Of a stretch of DNA of 64,000 nucleotides, positions 39,332 to 50,384 are shown in pieces. Origin of the DNA: Raillietiella orientalis (taxonomy: Eukaryota); contig JAYWIR010000035.1 in NCBI GenBank assembly GCA_036172245.1, forward strand, positions 248,001 to 312,000. The letters are read 5' to 3'. The notes below the pieces were generated by a model. That model was not told the origin of the DNA. It saw nothing but the letters and a program-made list of their open reading frames with translations, and made no database searches. The position numbers and the translations under genes are program-made. Position 1 is the first letter of the stretch. Each line of letters begins with the position of its first letter.

Positions 39332-39895
39332 ATGGAATCCTCGAATTCTTGTGGTATCATAACTGAAGCAGAATTTAACAGAGACATTAAAGAGTTTTTC
39401 CAAATTGCACAAAGGCTCAATGATTCCTGGCAATTGCATAACAAAGATGCACTCATGTATCTGTCAAATAGTTGGTTGTCTCATTTAATAAACCATGTAC
39501 CCAAACTGGACCAGTGTGATTCTGATGTGAAGGATTTGGCCACAAACTCCATGGTCAGATTTAATTGTTTCGTTTTTTATAGTTTTGCTTACTGTGTTCC
39601 ACTTTTGTATTTTTGTGCCTCCAACATATCAGGTTCACTGTTGTCTTTGGAAGAATCAATAGATTTAGAAACATGCGAATGGAAGATTAGTCAACAGGAA
39701 CATCCCCTTTTACCACGCCCTTTTTACGTTTTTCATGCATGTGACACTTCTGAAGTCATGAAACAATTACTGAGCACTGTTAACAAAAAGTGTAATTACA
39801 TAATTCCATGGCTCAGTGTTTATGGTCCTTCAATAAATTTACGTCTTTCTACAGATTATGCTAAAGTACATTTTCTTAGTCATGCTGATTCATAA
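39332..39895 (+). CDS. ATG10: Ubiquitin-like-conjugating enzyme ATG10 (187 aa, intronless CDS)
   Basis: ITEAEFN...LNDSWQL, YSFAYCVPLLYF...GSLLSLEE, ISQQEHPLLPRPFYVFHACDT (catalytic Cys) and NYIIPWLSVYGP.INL. A probable 5'UTR intron lies at 39162-39272. Confidence 0.92.
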   Translation: MESSNSCGIITEAEFNRDIKEFFQIAQRLNDSWQLHNKDALMYLSNSWLSHLINHVPKLDQCDSDVKDLATNSMVRFNCFVFYSFAYCVPLLYFCASNISGSLLSLEESIDLETCEWKISQQEHPLLPRPFYVFHACDTSEVMKQLLSTVNKKCNYIIPWLSVYGPSINLRLSTDYAKVHFLSHADS

Positions 39896-40047
39896 GTGCG
39901 AATCTAGAAAAAAATTAAAAATCTCAACCTATTTTAAGAGGTTTTGTTTGGTCATCAGCTTGCAAAAACAGTGGGTTTAAACAGACCTTATGATGGAGTA
40001 GATCAAAAAGATAGAAAAAAAAATTACACATAATTAAGCAGTGATAT

Positions 40048-43000
40048 TTAATATGTAAATTTTTCATTTGCGAACTTTAAGGCTTGTTGTTTGATTTCTT
40101 CCACATGAGAAGTGCAAAACTCTTCAGATTCCTGATTTATAGTACCAAATACACAATTTTGTCCTGAGTCATCCATTTCTTTACAGTATACTTTGTATCC
40201 TGAATTTGCTTTTTGCACCCATTCTTTTGCGGAAATGCTGTTTGTCTGATATTTGAAGAAATAATCGAAACAAGATTATTTGTGCACACATACCTTTGGA
40301 ACAGTGCAGCAACCTTTGATTCTACCTTCTGTACTAAGAAGAATTATTAAACTTGGTTTTTCACAACAGAATCGAATAACTTTATTCAATAACTTGCTAA
40401 TGCCAGCTTCTTTGTGCTTTTCTTCAATTACATAAATGAAATATGAATCACTGGTATTTTGATAAGCAAACTTTACCTAAAAAGAATAGCAACAACGTAA
40501 ATAAATAAACTATATTACCTTGTCCAAACTCTTTCTTCTAATAACAACATTAAAAAGTGGTTTCAGCTTTTCTAATTCCACTTTAATTTTCATTTTTGCT
40601 GTGAGTGGTAACAGGTTCTTAGTAAGGGCTTCAGTTATATTAATCATCATTTCTTCACTTTGCTGGACTATATCAAGATCCAGTATTTCATTTCTTTGTG
40701 ACTGCTTATGTAGTGGAATTATTAACTGCCTCAGTTTATTGAACTGTTGGGTTAAACAAGTGCCATTTCTTTCAGCTGATAATGCTTTTTCTTTTGAGAC
40801 TCCAGTGATGCTTCGTATACTACGGTATGTCATTTCTGATGGAGCACGTATATCTGTAATGCAGATGTGATCAAGATCTGCAGTATTTAGTAGATGTGTT
40901 CCACAGCATAGTTCTTGTGACAAGAATTCTACAGTTTCATGCTGTATGAGACCACTTTGTGGTTCTTGGCCACTAAAAGATATTACAGTGACTTCATCAG
41001 GATAAGTTGCAGTTGGGAGAAAACTGATATGTGGCATAGCCAATGCATCTTCCAAGGTGGTAGTTACTCTATTCAAATGTGCTTCTGTTGAAATCATAGA
41101 TGCCAGAATGCTCTCCACACTTTCTAGATCCTTCAAAGAAAGTGTTCCTGCATATGACTGGAAATTCAACTGAAAATAATCGGGATTTGCTTGGGAAGAT
41201 TGGAAATGAACAGTTTTTAAAACTTTTTTCAACGCACAGCACAACAAATGAACTGCTGTATGGTTGGCCATACAATTCAAGCGTCTTTTTTCATCTAAAT
41301 ATAAGTGAGCTTCCTGGTTTATTTTTATGTTTCCAGTGATAACCAATCCAAAGTGACAAACATGGCCATTCAGCATTTGTGTGTCATTTACTTGAAAGGT
41401 TCCTGATTCAGTAAAGACAGTTCCTTGATCAGGAGCTTGACCACCTGCTTCAAAATAAAAACTGGAGTCAGTAAGTATTAGAATTGCTGACTGTCCTTCA
41501 GTAGCTGATTCTTTTTCTATCCCATTGATCAGAATCATTTGAACAGATGCTAAGATTGGAGAAAACGTATACTTCTTTTCGGAATCACGGAAATACATAT
41601 GTTGGGCTTGTGTGTTAGTATAAGGAATCTTTTTTTCATGTAATAGTTTTGTTATATGATCTGAAATTCCGTGTTCATGCAATGTTTTTTGGAATCCTTT
41701 TCTTTCTTTTCGCTTTTTTTCATGCTGCAACTTAAGACATTCTTCCCACTGAATCTTCAAATTCCATGCAGCACAAATACGTTCCAGAACATTGTTTGGT
41801 ATGCAATAACGATCTAGAATATTAAAGGCAACATCTCCTGGTAGTTCTTGGGGGTGTAGTTGAAGGACATGACAGAATTCTCTGTATCGTGGTAACACAG
41901 CTGGGAGTTCATAGGGAAGAAAGAATTTTAACTCTTTACGTTCCGATTCTGTTAGCTGTTCTTTTAATTGGTACCCTTTTTGGCTAATGAGATCAAAACA
42001 ACTGGTTTCATGTCGTAAAACGTCTTTTACTACATCTAGTTTCGCAACTATTTCGGGATAAACATCTTTGTAAATACATGCAACTTGTTCAGATAATGAA
42101 GGGAGCAAGTAATTAAAGCAATTTAATTTTTCCTGGCTTAGCCATATTGCTCTTCTTATGACATTCCGCAATTTACTGCATCTGATAAAACGTGAATAAC
42201 CAAATATTTAATTACTGTTAAATCGTACTTTTCATCTGGAAACATTCCATCTGCAATTGCTACTGTTGCCATTTTGGAATATTCTGCTATCATTCTTATG
42301 GTTGTATTCACACCATGGGGATCATCAGCACCAAACACACTTTGATAAGAATCAATTCCAGTGAACTATTTTTGGAAAGAAAACAAAAAACAAAAATTAG
42401 TGTACATTTTAATCAAGCAATTTGTCAGCATTAGGTGCAAGTTAGAAATGCATATGCAAAACCGTATTGCATAGTCCAACATGCTATTCAGTATCCATTA
42501 TTACTATAATTACAAAAATTGATTATCAATTACTTTTGGAAGGATTTTCATATTCTTACGAATTTGCTTTTGTATATAAGACCTCCAAATAGGGGAATAG
42601 TAAGTCATTTGAAAATGAAATCAGTGCGAAATGTATCATATAAAATTAAGCCTTTCATTGTGGAAAACAACTGTATTGTAAGAATTTTTTTGCTAGAAAT
42701 TACATTAATCATATAAAATTAATTAGTGCAAAGTATTTTTCTTTTATTGAACAAAACTGATGATCTTACTTCACATATAGCATGTAGTAAAGGTTGGAAT
42801 AAATCAGTATCATATGAAGTTTTCTTTTTTTGCATAATAGTTGTAAGTCGTTCTAATCCCATTCCGGTATCAAGATGTGACATAGGCAATTTACTGAGAC
42901 TACCATCCTCTTCTCTATGTATACATATCAAGTAGACTGAGTACATGGAAAACATCTTAAATGGTTTTCAAGAAAACTTTAGATATAGATTCTCAATAAT

Positions 43001-44074
43001 GAAAAGAGCATATACACATTCTTTTCTCTTATTTCAATGTATTGGCAGAAATTAAAAACTGTCATATCTATAAGAAACAGTTATAAGTGCAACTGAGATA
43101 GTTGAAATGAACAAAACTAAGCAACAGAAATGAACAGGATTTTGAAGTTAGATGCAATTGATCAATCACATGAGTTACCTATTGAATTCCATAAACACTA
43201 AATTCCATAACTCAATGAAACCACTATCACTGTGATTGAGATTGTAGGAATTACAATCAGGCTTGGAATCTTTGATACAGTAATGAATTTCTGTGCAAGG
43301 ACCACACGGACCAATAGATCCCAATTCCCAAAAATTACTGTCAAATCCACAAGCAAATATGTGATCAGCTGGCACCCTGAAACAAAAAGCAAATGCAACC
43401 ATCTGGATTTATTAATTAGTTGCCATTAATAATTCATGTACATCATAATTCATGTACTGTAGAAGCAAATAGTTTTTCAACAAAACTAGAACCATAATAA
43501 CTGATATAACAAAAAGGCAAAAATCGAAAAATATGTGAACACGAATCTTACCCAACTTCTTTCCATGCTTCAAAACATTCCCAATCAGTTGGAATTTCTT
43601 TGGAGCCACCAAAATAAGTAACATACAATTTTTTAACATCTAGTCCATAAACTTCAGTTAAAAGTCTCCAAGAATTTTCACAAACTTGTTTTTTAGAATA
43701 GCTTCCAAAAGACCAGTTACCAAGCATTTCAAAAAAAGCATGATGATGACTGTCAGTTCCGATTACATCAAGATCATTATGTTTGCCTCCAACTCTGATA
43801 CATTTTTGAAAATTAACAACTTTTGAGAATTCTGGTGGCTTGTTTCCAAGAATAATAGACTTAAACTGAAAATTAATTAATTTTCCCCTAAGCACATTTT
43901 ATTGACTCTTTTCACCTGGTTCATTCCAGCATTTATAAAGGCTAAGCTAGGATCATGAAAGGGAATCACTGAAGATGATTTTACATATACATGGCCCTCA
44001 TTTTTGAAAAAATCTACAAATTGTTTTCTTATAATTGCAGAGTGCAATTTTCTTTTAAAATATACATTTCTCAT
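40048..44074 (-). CDS. AARS2: Alanyl-tRNA synthetase, mitochondrial type, ~998 aa
   Basis: Exons 43916-44074, 43552-43865, 43179-43376, 42770-42914, 42229-42365, 40519-42181, 40294-40476 and 40048-40245 total 2997 nt, all in phase. Motifs: [68 protein letters not shown] and FYFEAGGQ. The editing motifs HTAVH and ELCCGTH are intact. A short basic N-terminus and a divergent C-terminus favour the mitochondrial paralogue. Confidence 0.93.
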
Positions 44075-46689
44075 TATTTAATTTTCACCAGATCGAAGGT
44101 ATATACTTTGTTCTCAATCACTGAAATCAAATTTTTTTTTGAACTGAGCAGCACATCCCACATGAGTCCCACAAAATTTTTGATGGCTACATGTGTTATG
44201 GAAACATATGCACTACAAGAATATTGCAATTGCATTTTCATAATGCTACTGCCTTATGTTCATGTCAATAGTAGTTAAAAGTAGGCCTGTCAAAAGAGGC
44301 CTACTTTTTCCAGCCTTAGAACTGAAATGAAACATTGCTCAAAGGCTAAGTGACAAAGCTGTACAGCATCTGCAAGTCTAGAATACCACAAAAAATCATC
44401 CTGTTCTCCAAATTATGCCATTAACTAATGACAATTTATGATTATAATTTTATATTCAAAATACAAAAATACAAGAAAAAGTTGGTTCTTGAACCACTGC
44501 AAAAGTAATTTCAGAATACTTCACCATGAAGCAATTTCTAGAATGAATAGGTTCAATTGCTTGCAAACAGAAAATGCAAGTTCAGAGATGCACATCAACA
44601 TGCTAATTTTGTTTGTGTTCTTAGGTACTGCTGTTATATTTTCATTCCCATCCTTTAGAAAATGAATGTCTCTTACACTTGCTGGTCAACCATAATATTC
44701 ATAACAAATATTTGAAAATGTAAACCACTGACCATAACAAGAAACTTAGCAAACCTAATTTGAAATGAATGACAATAATAGACTAATACAATAAGAATAC
44801 TAAAACTATACAGGATGGGAAGTGGGCTTCAACAAAACATGCTACTAATTTCTGGAGCTATACACCTATACATATTAATTATGCATTAAAAGTCTTAGTA
44901 TTAAGACAATTATGACGTTCTTTTGAAGTGTTTAAAGTGGAATTAACAAATATTAAGTCACTCGGATTGTTTTATAAGACTTGAGAAATATCATTAGAAA
45001 CACGAACAAATTCAGAACACATTATGTAAATTACACGATAGCAGTCTTATGTATGAATTGTTTAACAACAGACCAATCTGTATTCATTGACTTTCTGAAG
45101 AATCATATGGGTAACAAAGAAAGGGATTTCTCGATACATTACGAATATGTATAATTACTTGTGATCTTTGTAAAGTGAAATAATGTGTGATGTAATAGAT
45201 TTGCTAAAAGACACATCTGAAGTTTTAAATGCGTCCAAATTTTCTAATATTTGCTTCTTTCGAACGAACATTCCCACGTGTAACACTAACAAAGCCCTCA
45301 CGTGAAATCAAGAAATCATGATTACCGTATTCTGTACGAATCAGCAAGTTCGAAAAAGGAATGTAACGGGAAAATTCATGTGTCTATGAAACACAATATA
45401 TTCCCTAGTAAGCAGAAATACAGAAAAGTAAAACACAAACTTTGTATCATGTAAAAAAATATCACGAATCAATGTGTTTAGGAACACACTTGAAGTGCAC
45501 AAATGCATTTATCGTAAGAGTTGGCTGCTTATAGCACTTATTAAGTTTCTTGATATTTCTTGATATTTTCAAAATACATTTCGTCATTCAAATTCATCAT
45601 TTGTGCTCATATGATTGCTATTAAGTCTTGATTACAACATATTTAAGATGATTAGTGCGTGTTTCTTTTTCCGAGTTTCATAATCATAGTTAGTGGAAAT
45701 GTAGAAGGTTTTCTGTTTTTCCTGAAGTATTGTTATCGACTCAAAGAAATTCTGACTCATTCATTGTAATATATTATGGGGATCTTCTTTCTTTTACTGA
45801 TTTGAAACTCAAAACAGGCTGCTTATCTGTTTGTTTATTGTTTGAGATATTGGTGAGAATTCTTCTTGGGTCCTGAGGAAAGAAAAAAATCATTTCCGAC
45901 TGAGGATTCGTAAACTCTAATTTAAACCATGCATTTATATCGAATAATGAATTCACTGACATTGTAAAGTGTTGTGTCAGATCAGATTAAATCATCGGAA
46001 TTCAATTCCAATTTTTTACATTATTCTGTTATTATATTATGTGAATATGTTTGACGACTGTTTCATATAAAAGAAGACTTTCCAAAATGCTATGAATGCA
46101 TCAAAATACGCCATATGTGGAGAATATACGCCACAGTTCTATTCACATTTGTGAATCAATACACTTGCATGCAAACATGAAAAATCAGTTTATTTTTTGT
46201 TCAAAATAATGATTGCAATATTCAGAATTGTCCGTTCCTCATTGCCCAGAATTATGAATTTATTTTTCACTTTTCATTCGCTTTTCCTAGGGTTCTTAAT
46301 CTCTAAATTTAGTATGAAAATTCACTTTTTCTCAATCTTTATAACATGATATTATGAAAGATAAAAATGGAGCGTTTTCCTTTTTGATGTCATGTAAACA
46401 GACAATATTTTTTACTTTAGTTCTATGCCTGAATTTCTGTTCATCTTTTATTTTCTCAATGCAGCTAGTATTGTTCGAAATAAATAAATATCCCTGGAAA
46501 TATGAGCGTGAGTATGAGTATGGGTATGTAAGGCAGGAAGAAAAGACTTCAAAACAGTTTCGTATCTCTTTTTTAAATCAACTAGGCACAAACAGGGTTT
46601 TTTGGGAAAAGAAGAAATACTTTTAATTCTTCATTATAAACCAAAAGTTAAGGAAAATCATTTGAAGTAGCATATTCTGAATTCATTTT

Positions 46690-47530
46690 TAGCCTTGCGA
46701 CCATAGCTTATGATGACGGAATTGAGCATGATGTCTTTTGAAGACCATCCCCAGTTGATGAGGAATCGCCTCGTTGCCCCTCCGAAACCGTACCAGAATT
46801 TCTTAGTCCGCTGCTTGCTCTGTCAAGAAGAAAAACTACCTTTCCATTCAAATGAGCAGATTACTCCAACGAAACCATCTTACTACTCGCCGCCACGATA
46901 CTGAGGAAAATGTTTCTTGCCATATCACTTGATGTATGGATCAGGGCAGGTAGGTAGCTTGAATACAGTCAATAAGTCTCTTATTGCAATATAAGACCAA
47001 GGACTCCACAGAACATTGTTCCGTACGGTCATAAGTTGAATGATGCCTGCGTGAGAGGGAGCATCCCGAAGTTTCTCTCTACCAGGCCATCCAGTCGTTG
47101 CCAAGGCTGCCTTTCGTTTCGGTCCCAAGCTTAGGGTTATAAATGGGTTTATAAATGTGTCGGTTGCATCCAATTTTTACCAGGAAACTAGTTGCGAATC
47201 CAAAATCCTAATCTTGCATTCCATTACCTCCTCCTTTTAGGAATCAGAACGTATGGCGTGATTGCTTTTTAAGATCCTCATCGCCCGCACGTATCCTCAT
47301 CGTCTACTGCCGGCTCCATCACGCTACCGATGTGGAACAAAGCTAAACGAGGAGTTGAAGTATCCAAACGATATGTGTCACCTGATCACCCGTTCAGAGC
47401 TAGCAGCTGAGTGATCTCCGAAAAGATATCCGGAGCATTCTGTAAAGTAGGAGAATCAAAGACTAGGGCTACAAGATCCTCGGCATACGCGGGTACCTTC
47501 GTCCCAGGGTGTTTCCTCCGACCTTCTATA
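46690..47530 (-). mobile_element. Degenerate Ty3/Gypsy pol fragment (RNase H to integrase)
   Basis: Collinear traces: RLDTSTPRLALFHIG (cf. DASxxGLG), TTGWPGREK...MTVRNNVLW, MARNIF and LNGKVVFLLDRAS. Many stops and frameshifts. Confidence 0.45.
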
Positions 47531-48049
47531 GAGGAGCTCAACCAACAAAAGTAATAATGAAAACGATAAATAGAGATAGTGAAATCATCATTCACTAGTA
47601 CTAGATGATGGGTGACACAACAACCTCAAAAACAATATGAAGCATTTTTTCAAAGTAAGCAAACAAACATGTTTACTCGATAAGCTGCAAAACTTAGGGA
47701 TAAACTTTCAAACAAGTTACTTAAAGACCGAAGATGTCTCAGAGTCATTGAAATTAACAAAGGAAATTTCGAATTTTGGAAGCTCAGTGCAAAGAAGAGA
47801 AGTCGGAAATAAGCACTACTAGTAATTAATATGTCCGTCGAGAACTTATTTCTGTATGCACTGAAATGTGTTAAATTCGGAAAAAGGAGAGAGAGGGCAT
47901 GCGTCGAGGAGTTGACTGCTACGCTTTACAGAACTTGCATTGGTCGGGTTTTTATAAACTTTTCTTCTCACCAAGATTCAGCGCTCCTTCACCTGAAAAT
48001 GAATAATGTGAATCATGTAAGGTGAGACCATGTAAGGTGATTGTGCAAA

Positions 48050-48645
48050 CGCCATTTTTCCCGCGTCGGAGGCCGTGTGGTTACGGTGGTCTCCGCGCGT
48101 GCCACCAGCAAGCGTCGTGGGTTCGAGCTCCTTCCGCAAGATGGCGCTGGTAGGCCTGCATTCATCCGGGTGCGGCACTGGTAGCGGTTGAAACAGGATA
48201 CCCCCCGATGAGGGCCGGGACAAATGGGAGTCGACCTCCAGGTCCTTCCAAGGATCAAGGAGTGGGGAGTCCCCCCCCCCCGATTGTGAAGGAGCGTACC
48301 CTCCATTCCGGGGAGACTTTCCGCGTCGTACTGATGTACCGCCTCTCCAGAGAGTGTAGAGAGGCGAGCCGATCCCTTCGGGGAAGATGCGTCCTTCTGA
48401 ATTTCGGAAGCGTCCCTTCGAGGATCTTTTCGGAGGAGTAATAACAGGAGCAGATCCCTTGCGGGGGATCCGTTCCTGTTTTTCCCTTCGGAGACAACCA
48501 GAGTGAAGGTGATCTCAATTTCCGGGGACCCTCCCCAGGCGTGAGAGGAGCGGATTCCGAGTCCTTCCTGTATTCATAGGGCGGACCCTTCCGAGGTATC
48601 CCCTATCTTGAAGAATTACCCGCTCTCGGGTGGCGTGGAACCGTA
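48050..48645 (+). ncRNA. tRNA-headed, hairpin-array element, copy 2 (putative Pol III RNA or SINE-like)
   Basis: GGCCGTGTGG at 48071 and AGCGTCGTGGGTTCGAGCTCC at 48111-48131 are followed by about a dozen consecutive hairpins at 48300-48631. These include TCCC-TTCG-GGGA and a ~16 bp stem (48443-48480) that ends in a T5 run. Confidence 0.6.
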
Positions 48646-50355
48646 TCGAAGAACTGCAGAGACAGAAAAGAAGGATTTCCATCGTCAAGCAAATTTACTA
48701 GAGTTTTGCAGGTTCAAAAGTAAATTGAGAAGCATTTCGAGACAGCTTACGAAAATCACCTTTCTTCCGATTACGACTTGCACTTTTTGAATTATATGCC
48801 TTTTATTCGTACTTTGGACTCGAAATATCAACATACGCATGCTTATGAAAACACTGGATGCAAAAAAAGAGGCAATTTTACCGATGGTAAGGTCTCTTTA
48901 GGGTCCTGCAACCTGGAAGAGGAAGTCGGTGAGTGCTATCCACGAAGTGCTCTTCGTGGATTCCTGTCTCTCCCGGCCCTCCACGTAGAGTGCAACAGAG
49001 TTCCATAATGGTACAGCAGCTGATCAATTATTATGGTTTAAAGGGTTCAGATTCTCGGAAAGCAAATCTCGATTCTTTTCTAAATGAGATTTTTAACAAC
49101 AGATTTGATTTGGGTATTTTGTAAAAACAAAATACAAATCTCAGCGAGAAATGTGCAAAATATTTTAACGTTCATTTTCAAAGTAACTAATAACACTGTT
49201 ATTGCGAATGCAGGAATATGAAGGAATGTATTCTTCTCATTGTAAATGATCTATGATGCTGTATTTAAAAACAAAAAAGAAAACAAAAAAACCCCCCATA
49301 AAATATGTGATTGCAATCCTCAAAGCTGGAAGTTTCGTCATTTAAGATTTTTGAATCGTACCCAAATATAAAAACAAAATTCTATGAAGTATCTATAAGG
49401 TCAATAACAGTTATGCAAGGATGGATTGTTAACTATTAATTATTTAATGATCTTGATTCCCAAACATAAAGGTTTCATTGCAGCGAAGAATTTACGAATA
49501 AACATTCGACAGATTTGAAATTTCAAACTGTACAGTGGAAGAATACTTACATATACAGGTATTCGCCCCCCCCCCCCTTCCCCTCCCGGTTTTCGGGCTT
49601 CTGGTGGAAGTCCGAATCCGTCTATGACAAACCGACATAGAGCTGTGGCTGCAGAGAAGGAAGAGGAAAAGAGAAAGAGAGGAAAAGCGAGGTCACAGTG
49701 CTTAGAAAAGGTTCTCTCTGGAGGGAATTCGGTGATGCTTCCTCAGAGTAGAAACAAATACAATTAAACTGCCTCGAGGGAAAGGAAAACCCATGTGCCC
49801 TGACGCTGATGACAGTCAAAATGCAGGTTCAGCATTTGTTTCATTTTTGGTTGGTGGAAAACTGCGGAATGTCGAGACGACGAGAGAAACTCTTCCGTGA
49901 ATGTAACTTTCCTTGGTTGGAGACATTCCCGTTTTAAAAACAAAAGCAAAGCAAACACCACTGATTAGAGAATTATGAATTTCGTGCTGGACATTATGGA
50001 CGCGCGTTTATATATCTATAAATGAGAAGTGAGAAGAGAGGGTTGTTTCAGAGTAAAAAAAAAAAAAAAAAAAAAAAAGGATTTGTACAAACTAGCACAC
50101 TACTTTGGCATCACCTTTATTAAATAGTTAGTTTTGGGATGAAAAATGGAAATTTTAAAGTTATATTCAATGAGAAAAAGCAAAAAAATAAATAAATAAA
50201 AAGACCTGATCTGAATCGATCTTAAAGGTATAGGAGCAATCAGAGATAGGAGAAGCGTGAATGGAAGTGGAAATCGAGGGAGGTGAGATTCTTTTTTTTT
50301 TCTATTAAGGGCCAGTAGGCGACTTCATGGGGAGATCGCTTCTATTGACCTAGGC

Positions 50356-50384
50356 CAGCGTTTCCCAAACTGTGTTCCGCGGAA
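50356..50384 (+). mobile_element. Solo hAT (Buster/Charlie-type) terminal sequence
   Basis: CAGCGTTTCCCAAACTGTGTTCCGCGGAA, preceded by CCTAGGC. It resembles the left end of the 6098-6363 MITE. No partner TIR was found. Confidence 0.55.
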
